Shown: in pieces, positions 42,560 through 52,313 of the stretch
Position numbering within the stretch: the stretch's first letter is position 1
Layout: every line of letters starts with the position of its first letter
Assembly (NCBI RefSeq): GCF_963921235.1
Contig: NC_086097.1
Span: forward strand, 150,848,001 to 150,912,000
DNA from: Mobula hypostoma
Taxonomy: Eukaryota
Direction of reading: 5' to 3'
DNA length: 64,000 nt
Position numbers and translations under genes: made by a program
Notes under the pieces: model-generated
Database searches by the model: none
What the model saw: only the letters and a program-made list of their open reading frames with translations
What the model was told of the DNA's origin: nothing

Positions 42560-43370
42560 GTCTATCAGTACACAGCTAATGTGGTGAGAATGGTCCAGAG
42601 CTAGTGGTACGTTTTTTTGTGTGAGCTGTAGGAACTCCAGGAGACCAGCAGTCTACAGATAACAATGTTTGCTTGAAGTACATTCAGCTGCAGCTCCTTA
42701 AAGTCCATGTCATGGAGCTGGAGCTGCAGCTCGATGACCACCGGCTCATATGGTAAAATAAGGAGGTGGTAAGCAGTGTTATAGGAAGGTAGTCACCCCT
42801 AAGTTGCAGGAGGCAGGTAGTTGGGTGACTGTCAGGAGAGGAAATGGGAATAGGCAGCCAGTGCAGAGTACCCCTATGGCTATTCCCCTCAATAATAAGT
42901 ATACCACTTTGGATACTGCTGAGAGGCACAGCCTATCGGAGAAAGCCTCAGTGAACAGGTCTCTGGCACCGAGTCTGGCTCTGTGGCTCAGAAGGTAGTT
43001 CAAAAAATTGTGCAGCCATTGGTGGTGATCATTCAAGAATCACTAGGTTCAGAAATGGTTCAGGAGGACAGGAAATTTGCAGATGTCACTCCACTCTTTA
43101 AGAAGGGAGGAAGGCAAAAGAAAGGAAATTGCAGGAAATTTAGCCAGAGGATGATGAATCTATGGAATTCTTTGCCACAGGCAGCTGTGGAGGCCAGGTC
43201 AATGAGTGCACTTAAGGCAGAGTTTGATAAGTTCTTAATTATTTAGGGAGTAGAAGGTGACAGGGAGAAGCAGGAGAATGGGGTTGAGAGGATCAGCCAT
43301 GATGAAATGGCAAAGCAGGCTCAATGGGCCACAAGGCCTAATTCTGTTCCTATGTATTATAGTCTTATGG
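42560..43370 (+). mobile_element. Heavily internally deleted CR1 (ORF1 N-terminus + short ORF2 piece + 3' end)
   Basis: ORF1-like LQLL..ELELQLDD and WVTVRRG..IPLNNKYTTLDT (~42600-42980) abut ORF2 KIVQPLV..DVTPLFKKGGRQKKGN (~42990-43130), which abuts FSQRMMNLWNSLPQ and a 3' tail ending GTCTTATGG. The 5' boundary is uncertain. Confidence 0.75.
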
Positions 43371-43579
43371 TATAATTCATTCCTTAATCTTTGGTTTCTG
43401 CGATGGGCAAGTCATTTATCTGCAACTCATTGGTATGTTCATTTAGTTCATAAGAATTGTAGCTATGTTTGGAAATCCTTTGTAGTTTATAAATATTTTG
43501 TAATTTGGAAATCTTTTATAAATCAGAAAATCCTCTACCAGAGTTAAATGTGTATTGAAAACTATTTGCCTAAATTGAA

Positions 43580-43835
43580 ACTCACCAATTAACTTCGCAG
43601 CTCTTTACTTCTCCCGGCTTCACCTGTCACCTACCACCTTGTACTTCTTCCTCCCCTCCACCAACCTTCTTACTCTGACTTCTCCTCTTCCTTTCCAGTC
43701 CTGATGAAGGGTCTCGGCCTGAGACATCGACTGTTCACTCTTCTCCATGGATGCTGCCTGACCTGCTGAGTTCCTCCAGCATTTTGCACATGTTGCTCCG
43801 GATCTCCAGCATTTGACAATTTTCTCATGCTTGTG
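43580..43835 (+). mobile_element. Penelope-like 3' terminal (pLTR) fragment
   Basis: Homologous to 48820-49070, including GATGCTGCCTGACCTGCTG and the CCAGCAT tail. Confidence 0.8.
43696..43733 (+). ncRNA. Degenerate minimal hammerhead ribozyme motif
   Basis: CAGTC-CTGATGA-AGG GTCTCGG CCT-GAGA-CA-TC-GACTG. Stems I and II are intact, but the core GAAA is mutated to GAGA and the ACGT palindrome is lost, so it is probably inactive. Confidence 0.6.
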
Positions 43836-44189
43836 TATCATTAACACAAAAATAAGCTGTGTTTAAGGTACTTCGTTAGCTGTAAGTATCTCCCCCTTGG
43901 TAGGGAGAGGAGATCCACCACTTAATTAGATATTGACAGCTAGATCTCACTGCAGACATTAGACAGGGAAGTAAGATAGTCTTTGAAGAGTAGGTTTTTA
44001 CAGCTTAACCTGCCTATAGTGAGGTTACCCATAGATCCCTGTAATGGAATGATGTTTGGTAAATATGTTTTTATACATAGCAAGACTATTCTTGACTCCA
44101 ATAACGACATGTACAGCAAGTCCACCAAATCAGTGAGCTGCTCATTGTTTGGAGTAGCCACTGGGGTGTCGACAGTCCGACAGAACAAG

Positions 44190-44400
44190 TCAAGTTGAGC
44201 CGTCAGGCAGAGGGATTCAAGCTGGGCTGTTGGGTCTGGGGATTCAAGTTGGGCTGTTGGGTCTGGGAATTCGAGTCAGGCTGTTGTGCCTGGAGATTCA
44301 TGTTGGGGTGTCGGGTAGAGCAATTTGAGTCGGGCTGTTGGACAGGGGGAATTGAGTCAGGCTGTTGGGCCTGGGGATTTGTGTCAGGCTGTCAGGCCGC
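44190..44400. repeat. Diverged 27-bp minisatellite (~7 copies)
   Basis: Unit like GGGATTCAAGCTGGGCTGTTGGGTCTG. It appears as a 9-aa periodicity (FKLGCWVWG) in ORF 44195-44503. Confidence 0.75.
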
Positions 44401-44807
44401 AGGAGAACTTGGATTGGGTTCGGAAGAGCTGACCTGGGTGCAGACCGCGCTGCTGTGTGCTACTCAGAGGCACTGGAGTTGGTGCGAAGTTGGTGTGCAG
44501 TGAAACCATGAGTGACTGTCCTGCATGTTTCTTTTATGACCACACGACCCTGTTGGACATTGATTGTTGCAGGCCTGCTTCCCTTGTTTGGTGGAGAGAC
44601 ATGCAGCGAAGCAGCAGTGTCACCTCAGTTGTGGCGAAGACTAGGCCTCAGTCCTCGGGCTTGCGTTGAAGCATGGCATCTGGGCTCGGTTGGTAGTGGC
44701 TTCTCCTGCTGGTGCTGCCCTCTAGTGTTGGATTGGTGGAATTATGCTATGTTGCTCACACAATCCTTTTACATTTTATTGTCTGCAATGCAAATTGTTA
44801 ATCAAAA

Positions 44808-45540
44808 TAAATTCAAAGTTCAATGTAAATTTATTATCAAAGTACAAATATGTCATCATATACAATCCAGAGATCACTTCCTTGCAGACATACACAGTAA
44901 ATCCAAAAAACACAATCGAATCAATGGAAGGCTCCACCCAAAAGGACAAACAACCGACCTGTAAAAGACAACAAACTGTGCAAATACTAAAAAAGAAAGA
45001 AACAATAATAAATAAATAAGCCATAAATGTTGAGAACATGAGATGAATAGCCCTTGAAAGTGAATCCATAGGTTGTTGGAACAGTTCAGTGATGGGGCAA
45101 GTGAGGATGAGTGAAGTTAACCCCTCCGGTCCAAGAGCCTGATGGTTGAGATGAAATAACCGTTCCTGAACCTGGCAGTGTGGGTCCTGAGGCTCATGTA
45201 CCTTCTTCCTGATGGTTGAGGAGAAATAACTGTTCCTGAACCTGGCAGTGTGGGTCCTGAGGCTCCTGTACCTTCTTCCTGATGGTTGAGGAGAAATAAC
45301 TGCTCCTGGACCTGGCAGTGTGGGTCCTGAGGCTCCTGTACCTTCATCCTGATGGTGCAATTGAGAAGGAAGCACGGCCTGGTGGTGGGGGCCCTGATGA
45401 TGAATGCTGCTTTCCTGTGACAATGCTCTGTGTAAGTATGCTCTGTGGTGGGGAGGGCTTTCCCCGTGATGGACTGGGGTATATCCACTACTTTTTGTAG
45501 GATTTTCCATTTAAGGGCATTGGTGTTTCCATACCAGGCT
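44808..45540 (-). mobile_element. Rex1/Babar-like LINE 3' end
   Basis: Minus-strand motifs PSGRRYRSLRTHTARFRNSYF and RKAAFII. The 3' tail reads ATAAATTTACATTGAACTTTGAA on the minus strand near 44812-44834. Confidence 0.75.
45138..45356. repeat. 70-bp tandem triplication inside the Rex1-like fragment
   Basis: CCTGATGGT starts at 45138, 45208, 45278 and 45348 (period 70), and the copies are near-identical. Confidence 0.9.
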
Positions 45541-45699
45541 GCCAGTTTTTACAGTTGATTAACACTGGGCTATCAATGATGACATATCAAATCTTGACTG
45601 GACTAACCTGAACCGCATACTATTATGAAAAGGATATAGAGGCAACAGGGAGAGCAGAAAGATGATCTACACTGATGGTGTCACCTTGCTTTCGAGAAG

Positions 45700-46337
45700 A
45701 GAAGGTTGGCGGTATCTTCTCAGTCGGAGCTTTCCTCTACAGACAACATATCATTTGCGGTTGCAATGGGTAAGAAAAAGTCACCTACATATTTGTGGAT
45801 TTGCTAAGAGGATGCAAGGGCCCACGACCCTGTTTGTCCACAACTGCTGTTTAGCAGAGGAATCTGATCTATGAGTTGTTTCTGGACAGAAACTGAGACA
45901 GACATTGTGCTGCTGGAAGGTGATCAGCTTGATGAAGGATGCCCTTTGGCCTTCACAAAGCCTGTGGCCTCCCAGCAGAGCGAGATGTCCACAAGGGAAC
46001 GCTGCAGACTGGCACAGTCTAGGCTGCAGGAGTACGCGCTGAGGGATGCACTAAAGCTTGGTGCAGAGAACTCTAATGGTCGGCGGGAAAGGAGCACAGT
46101 CCAGGTTTCTTCTGCCAGTACACATGGAGGAGCAGAGCTGATGGGGAAACAATGAAAGCTCTCTTCGTTATCACCTCAGTGGACCAAGTGAGGGGTAATG
46201 GTGTTACGTTTGCTTGCATTTTTCTCTCATGTTTGTACGACTGAATGCATCAACCAGAAAGTAAAGGATGTTTTTGCATTTTTTTCTTCCTTTGAATATA
46301 CTCTAAAATGAATGATGGTCTATTTTTGAAATAAAAA
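45700..46337 (+). mobile_element. Tx1/L1-like LINE ORF2 C-terminal fragment with A-rich 3' end
   Basis: QQSEMSTRERCRLAQSRLQEYALRDALKLGA resembles the C-terminus of Tx1-clade ORF2 as I recall it. Ends TTTTTGAAATAAAAA. The 5' boundary is approximate. Confidence 0.55.
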
Positions 46338-46660
46338 TATCTTGAAAATTATGAGAAGTTTGGAAACAGAGAGGATGTTACCATTGTGGAAAATTCATAA
46401 CCAGAAACCATCAATATGAGGTGGTCATGAATAAATCAAACTAGGGGAATTCTGCACAAGCTTCTTAACCCAAAGCTTGAAGGGAATGTGGAATTTGTTA
46501 CAACAGGGAGTGGCTGAGGAAAATAATCTAAACACATTTAACAGAAGGCTGGACAAGTTAATGAGGATGAAGGCAATAGCAAATTATTCTTTTACATTGA
46601 CCTGAGAACAAAAGGAAAGTGGAGCAGAAACACTGGAATGAACAAGTTGGGGGAAATATG
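46338..46660 (+). mobile_element. Old CR1 3' fragment (upstream part at ~45615-45680, split by the Tx1-like insert)
   Basis: Decayed CR1 C-terminal motifs (AAAATTATGAG.., GGAATGTGGAATTTGTTAC..GGGAGTGGCTGAGG..CATTTAAC). Confidence 0.5.
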
Positions 46661-47087
46661 ACATCCAGTCCTAAATAAAGCATACGAGTGATTTTCGGGA
46701 CTGTATCTTTGCATGACTTCTTGATTTCAAGGTACAGTAATAGTTCCCTGAGCTGGGACCCACAGAAGGGACTTGTATTGCATTGGTTCTCATACTTATC
46801 ATGGGTAAGCTGGAATTTTAGGTGTTGGCCATGTCAGCACACCAGTATTTACTACCAGTGACTAATGCTTTTCCACTTCTGTGAAGCTCAACAATTGCTT
46901 CTCACACCAAAATAGAATATTTATGTTTTCTGTTCATTTAATAGAAAAACACACAGATGAACTAGCAAGACTCCCTAACTAGCCTCTATCCGAAAAAAAT
47001 GGATGAGCAGACCTCTATAATACACGCAACACACATCAAATTTGCTGGTGAACGCAGCAGGCCAAGCAGCATCTATAGGAAGAGGCG

Positions 47088-47125
47088 CAGTCGACGTTTC
47101 AGGCCGAGACCCTTCGTCAGGACTA
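47088..47125 (-). ncRNA. Minimal hammerhead ribozyme motif (inverted-arm copy)
   Basis: Exact reverse complement of 48939-48976. Confidence 0.8.
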
Positions 47126-47578
47126 ACTGAAGGAAGAGTGAGTAAGGGATTTGAAAGCTGGAGGGGGAGGGTGAGATGCAAAATGATAGGAGAAGACAGG
47201 AGGGGGAGGGATAGAGCCGAGAGCTGGACAGGTGATAGGCAAAAGGGGATACGAAAGGATCATGGGACAGGAGGTCCGGGAATAAAGACGGGGGGGGGTG
47301 ACCCAGAGGATGGGCAAGAGGTATATTCAGAGGGACAGAGGGAGAAAAAGGAGAGTGAGAGAAAGAATGTGTGCATAAAAATGAGTAACAGATGGGGTAC
47401 GAGGGGGAGGTGGGGCCTAGCGGAAGTTAGAGAAGTCAATGTTCATGCCATCAGGTTGGAGGCTACCCAGACGGAATATAAGGTGTTGTTCCTCCAACCT
47501 GAGTGTGGCTTCATCTTTACAGTAGAGGAGGCCGTGGATAGACATGTCAGAATGGGAATGGGATGTGGAATTAAAAGC

Positions 47579-48646
47579 TACATCGACGACTGCATTGGCG
47601 CTGCTTCCTGCACGCATGCAGAACTCGTTGACTTTATTAACTTTGCCTCCAACTTTCACCCTGCCCTCAAGTTTACCTGGTCCATTTCCGACACCTCCCT
47701 CCCCTTTCTAGATCTTTCTGTCTCTGTCTCTGGAGACAGCTTATCCACTGATGTCTACTATAAGCCTACTGACTCTCACAGCTATCTGGACTATTCCTCT
47801 TCTCACCCTGTCTCTTGCAAAAACGCCATCCCCTTCTCGCAATTCCTCCGTCTCCGTCGCATCTGCTCTCAGGATGAGGCTTTTCATTCTAGGACGAGGG
47901 AGATGTCTTCATTTTTTAAAGAAAGGGGCTTCCCTTCCTCCACTATCAACTCTGCTCTTAAATGCATCTCCCCCATTTCACGTACATCTGCTCTCACTCC
48001 ATCCTCCCACCACCCAACTAGGAATAGGGTTCCCCTGGTCCTCACCTACCACCCCACCAGCCTCCGGGTCCAACATATTATTCTCCGTAACTTCCGCCAC
48101 CTCCAACGGGATCCCACCACTAAGCACATCTTTCCCTCCCCCCCTCTCTCTGCATTCCGCAGGGATCGCTCCCTACACAACTCCCTTGTCCATTCGTCCC
48201 CCCCATCCCTCCCCACTGATCTCCCTCATGGCACTTATCCGTGTAAGCGGAACAAGTGCTACACATGCCCTTACACTTCCTCCCTTACCACCATTCAGGG
48301 CCCCAAACAGTCCTTCCAGGTGAGGCATCACTTCACCTGTGAGTCGACTGGGGTGATATACTGCGTCCGGTGCTCCCGATGTGGCCTTTTATATATTGGT
48401 GAGACCCGACGCAGACTGGGAGACCGCTTTGCTGAACATCTACGCTCTGTCCGCCAGAGAAAGCAGGATCTCCCAGTGGCCACACATTTTAATTCCACAT
48501 CCCATTCCCATTCTGACATGTCTATCCACGGCCTCCTCTACTGTAAAGATGAAGCCACACTCAGGTTGGAGGAACAACACTTTATATTCCGTCTGGGTAG
48601 CCTCCAACCTGATGGCATGAACATTGACTTCTCTAACTTCCGCTAG
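47579..48646 (+). CDS. Partial PLE polyprotein: RT C-terminal part (from YIDD), Cys-rich linker and GIY-YIG endonuclease
   Basis: Uninterrupted frame YIDDCIG..LPFLDL..YYKPTDSHSYL..SQFLRLRRICS..CKRNKCYTC..VIYCVRCSRCGLLYIGET..RFAEH..GMN ending in TAG. It has no native start because it is 5'-truncated. Confidence 0.9.
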   Translation, partial: YIDDCIGAASCTHAELVDFINFASNFHPALKFTWSISDTSLPFLDLSVSVSGDSLSTDVYYKPTDSHSYLDYSSSHPVSCKNAIPFSQFLRLRRICSQDEAFHSRTREMSSFFKERGFPSSTINSALKCISPISRTSALTPSSHHPTRNRVPLVLTYHPTSLRVQHIILRNFRHLQRDPTTKHIFPSPPLSAFRRDRSLHNSLVHSSPPSLPTDLPHGTYPCKRNKCYTCPYTSSLTTIQGPKQSFQVRHHFTCESTGVIYCVRCSRCGLLYIGETRRRLGDRFAEHLRSVRQRKQDLPVATHFNSTSHSHSDMSIHGLLYCKDEATLRLEEQHFIFRLGSLQPDGMNIDFSNFR

Positions 48647-48938
48647 GCCCCACCTCCCCCTCGTACCCCATCTGTTACTCATTTTTATGCACACATTCTT
48701 TCTCTCACTCTCCTTTTTCTCCCTCTGTCCCTCTGAATATACCTCTTGCCCATCCTCTGGGTCACCCCCCCCCCGTCTTTCTTCCCGGACCTCCTGTCCC
48801 ATGATCCTCTCGTATCCCCTTTTGCCTATCACCTGTCCAGCTCTCGGCTCTATCCCTCCCCCTCTTGTCTTCTCCTATCATTTTGCATCTCCCCCTCCCC
48901 CTCCAGCTTTCAAATCCCTTACTCACTCTTCCTTCAGT

Positions 48939-48976
48939 TAGTCCTGACGAAGGGTCTCGGCCTGAAACGTCGACTG
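48939..48976 (+). ncRNA. Minimal type-I hammerhead ribozyme motif of the PLE pLTR
   Basis: Stem I AGTC/GACT; core CTGACGA (48944-48950); stem II AGG/CCT with GTCTCGG loop; GAAA (48964-48967). Stem III is reduced to the palindrome ACGT. Predicted cleavage is after GUC at 48971. Confidence 0.82.
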
Positions 48977-49885
48977 CGCCTCTCCCTATAGATGCTGCTT
49001 GGCCTGCTGCGTTCACCAGCAACTTTGATGTGTGTTGCTTGAATTTCCAGCATCTGCAGAATTCCTGTTGTTTGCTCTATAATACACTACTTCTTAAGAT
49101 TCATAACACTCTTGATCTAACCTTTAAGTAGTTATGTTCAGAGATAAGTTCTTCTGAGAATCAGTGCTGTACTCAATACCTAATCTGTCAGACACATAGG
49201 TGAAGAAAATTTTACTCGACAGAGGAGTAAAATGAATTTTTACCAAATGTTTTTATTTAATAAACATTGAACATTGAACCTTGAAAAGGCAAAGTCACCT
49301 CACAGAATCATGAGCTCTCGATTTTCTGTAAATCTATCATGGATTCTTAAACTCAGATATTCTGGAAATGTTGTGACACTAATAGCTGACAATTGAATCT
49401 TCCTGGCCTCTTTTGATCCAATATTGAAAGAAATACCTTCTGGAAGATAGAAGCAGCTTAAGCTGGGATAGCTGATGGCCAGTATCAGTCTTTCTATGCA
49501 GTTCTTCTTTTTTTATCAATTTATACCAATAATAATTAGTCTTGCTTACTGAGCACAACTCACCACATATTTTTTACTTTAAGAATCAAGTAGCACCATG
49601 TATCAGTGCATTGTACTGTATTTATATCTATTCAGCTTTCGGGCTTAAATCCAATTAAAATTGACAGAAGTCTGAGCTAATTAATTATACAGTATCAGAT
49701 GAATTAGGGTAAATGCAGCATTAAGTAAAGAAATGAACAACTACATTATTTCAACATACATTGCTGGTTTAAAAACAAAAATTTCACAAAGAGGTAAAGA
49801 AGGAAATAAATAATAATCCGAAGTGATAACTGAATAAAAATGTACATTTGGACGGAAGCTTTGACATGATAAAGCATCCCGTGAC

Positions 49886-50119
49886 TGTGGTAAACCATAT
49901 ATGTATGTTGTAACTGGGTTACCTGTCTGGACGCGCTCCTCTGCTGGCTGCCCCTGTGGCTCCTCCCACTGACCCCTGAATAAAGGCGATTGGGCCTTGG
50001 CTCCTCCTCTCAGTTCAGGGGCAGACACTCAGCATGCTGGAGGTCATATTTTACTGTGAATAAAAGCCTTTCAGTATTTACCCTACTTCCAGTCTTTTGG
50101 AGTTATTGATGGTGCCTCA
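49886..50119 (+). repeat. 5' LTR
   Basis: TGTGGTAA...GGTGCCTCA, a direct repeat of 52314-52546. AATAAA at 50059-50064. Confidence 0.95.
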
Positions 50120-50120
50120 A

Positions 50121-50135
50121 TTTTATTCACAGTAA
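50121..50135 (+). promoter_or_regulatory. PBS-position element complementary to the element's own LTR (candidate self-priming site or polyA mask)
   Basis: TTTTATTCACAGTAA lies 1 nt after the LTR end and is the exact reverse complement of TTACTGTGAATAAAA (50051-50065). No TGG-starting tRNA PBS occurs before the gag ATG at 50145. Confidence 0.7.
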
Positions 50136-50144
50136 TTTTAAAGC

Positions 50145-51085
50145 ATGGAACGTTCCCTGAGACCCGACAAGTTAGACCTCGACCCACAAACACCTGAAGC
50201 TGGAAACGCTTTCGAACTCTGGCTGGCCTGCTTCGAATCATACCTAGAGGCGATTGAAATGATTGACTCCACAGCAAAGCGCAGAGTTCTCCTTTCCAGG
50301 GTCAGTCCACGGGTCTACTCGATGATCAGAGACCAGCCGAGCTACGACGGCACAATGAGCACACTCAAAGGACAATACCTGCGGCCGGCAAACACCGCCT
50401 ATACGCGCCATCACTTAGCAACACGGCAACAGCAGCCCGGGGAATCGAGTGCTGAGTTTGTCCAGGCACTACAGACGCTCGTGTGGACCTGCGACTGCCA
50501 GGGGCTGACGGCAGTACAGCATGCGGCGCTCCTAGTGAGAGACGCCTTCGTCGCCGAGACCAGGTCAGTGTATGTGCACCAGCGGCTGCTGGAGAAAGCT
50601 GCTCTTACCTTACATTCGGCGATCAAGCTGGCCGACATGCTGGAGGCCACTCTGCACAACTCTGAGGCTCTCCAGGCACGTGATCCCCTGATGGCCTCAT
50701 GGGTGCCGCAGACCTGCAACCCGCTGGCGAATCGACCTCGGCTGCTGCCAGTTGCGAGACTGCAAAGTGCTACTTCTGTGGACTCGAGAAGCACCCCCAG
50801 AAATGCTGCCCGGGCCGAGAAGCTACCTGTTCCAGCTGCGGAAAGAAAGGCCACTTCGCCAAGGTCTGTAAGTCCAAACCACGAGCAGGATTGAGCAGCG
50901 CCACGTGCGAGACATGGGGGTCACCATCTTGCCTGCTGCCATCTTCCCTGCACGCCGCCACCACATGCGAGACATGGGGCGGCCATCTTGGTCGGCAGCA
51001 CGTCCCACCACCTACGACCAACGGGTGCTCACGGGGCACCCCACCGCGCCGGACCAAGACAGCGACTCAACCCTGGCCTCCGTGA
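50145..51085 (+). pseudogene. gag: gag with tandem Cys/His knuckles, frameshifted near 50715
   Basis: MERSLRPDKLDLDP..WLACFESYL..RQQQPGES..VRDAFV, then in a shifted frame CYFCGLEKHPQKCCPGREATCSSCGKKGHFAKVC (~50768-50868), a Mag-type arrangement. Confidence 0.85.
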
Positions 51086-52244
51086 CCCTCGACCAAAGCG
51101 CTCCCCACCAGCTCGCAAGGTCAATGATGGACATCCTGGTGAGGGGTGCAGGACAAGCTGCCTGTTTGATACAGGCAGCACGGAGAGTTTTATCCACCCA
51201 GACACGATGCAGCATTGCGGACTCGCAATACGGCCAGTAAGTCAGAGGGTCGCCATGGCTTCCTGGTCACATACAACAGACATCTGAGGGGTGGGGGGGG
51301 GTTGTGTAGCGACACTAGTGGTGCAGGGCACAGAATATCGAGACTTTACGTTACTGGTCATGCCTCAACTGTGTGCCCCTGTGCTATTGGGGCTCGACTT
51401 CCAGAGCCACCTGAAAAGCGTGACAATGCAGTATGATGGGCCCCTCCCACCAATCACTGTTGTAAATCCTCAGTTTTGTAGGGATACGTCACATACCCCG
51501 CTACTGACCACACGCACACACCGACCCGCGCATCCCACCCAACATCATGCCAACTGCCACAATTCCGACACCACTTGGGGCCTCTCCACCCTCAGGATCC
51601 CTCCCCCACCGCTGTTCGCCAACCTGACCCCCGACTGTAAACCTGTGGCAACTAAAAGCAGGAGGTACAGCGCAGGGGACAGAGCTTTCATTAAGTCGGA
51701 GGTGCAGCGGCTGCTCAGGGAGGTGGTCATTGAGGCAAGCACAAGTCCTTGGAGGGCGCAGGTGGTGGTTGTTCGGAACGGGGAGGAGAATAGAATGGTC
51801 GTGGACTATAGCCAGACCATTAATAGGTTCACGCAGCTCAACGCGTACCCTCTACCCCGCATCGCGGATATGGTCAATCAGATAGCACAGTACAAGGTGT
51901 ACTTGACCATAGACCTAAAATCCGCTTACCATCAGCTCCCCATCCATCAGGAGGACCGCCCTTACACCGCCTTCGAGGCGGACGGCAGGCTTTATCACTT
52001 CCTGCGCATCCCCTTCGGTGTCACGAATGGTGTATCTTACTTACTTCATGCGAACCCCCAGTATGCCTATGTGGTTTTACCCATACCGGGCGCAACGCAC
52101 ACGCACGAGGGATTACCGACGCCTAATGTGCTGGCACCTGAAGTCAGGCCGGAGCCAGCACAACCGCCATCGCCGGTGCAATCACCGCCGGTGCTACGTA
52201 GGTCACAGCGACAGACTCGACCGCCTGATAGACTTAACCTGTAA
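51080..52244 (+). pseudogene. pol: pol remnant: aspartic protease, RT N-terminal half and probable integrase C-terminal scraps
   Basis: LFDTGS at 51162-51179; LLGLDF; SPWRAQVVVV..RMVVDY..YPLPRI..IDLKSAYHQL..TAF..PFGVTNG. The frame breaks off before YxDD (~52037) and continues as LLHANPQYAYV..RRSQRQTRPPDRL. Confidence 0.88.
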
Positions 52245-52295
52245 ATATACTTCTTGTAAATATTGTCAGCCTCTTCACCCCGTGGGACTCTTTTT

Positions 52296-52313
52296 AAAAA
52301 AAGGAGGGGTGAG
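52296..52313 (+). promoter_or_regulatory. Polypurine tract
   Basis: AAAAAAAGGAGGGGTGAG immediately before the 3' LTR. Confidence 0.85.

Larger units (their letters stand above)
47026..49074 (+). mobile_element. Penelope-like element (Neptune-type), 5'-truncated, with inverted terminal arm and 13-bp TSD
   Basis: TSD CTCTATAATACAC at 47013-47025 and 49075-49087. 47026-47576 is the near-identical reverse complement of 48487-49038. A 36-nt unpaired tail lies at 49039-49074. RT and GIY-YIG coding sequence sit inside. Confidence 0.95.

Noticed and set aside
45138..45356. CRISPR-like appearance of regular repeats (also 44190-44400 and 35555-35642)
   Set aside because: These are head-to-tail tandem units without unique spacers, with no cas genes, in a vertebrate-type context.
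47042..48646. 534-aa ORF as a novel chimeric endonuclease gene
   Set aside because: The first ~178 codons are the antisense of the element's own 3' end. The frame is open only because a G-run is 9 nt here versus 10 nt in the other arm, where it hits a stop. Only 47579-48646 is genuine coding sequence.
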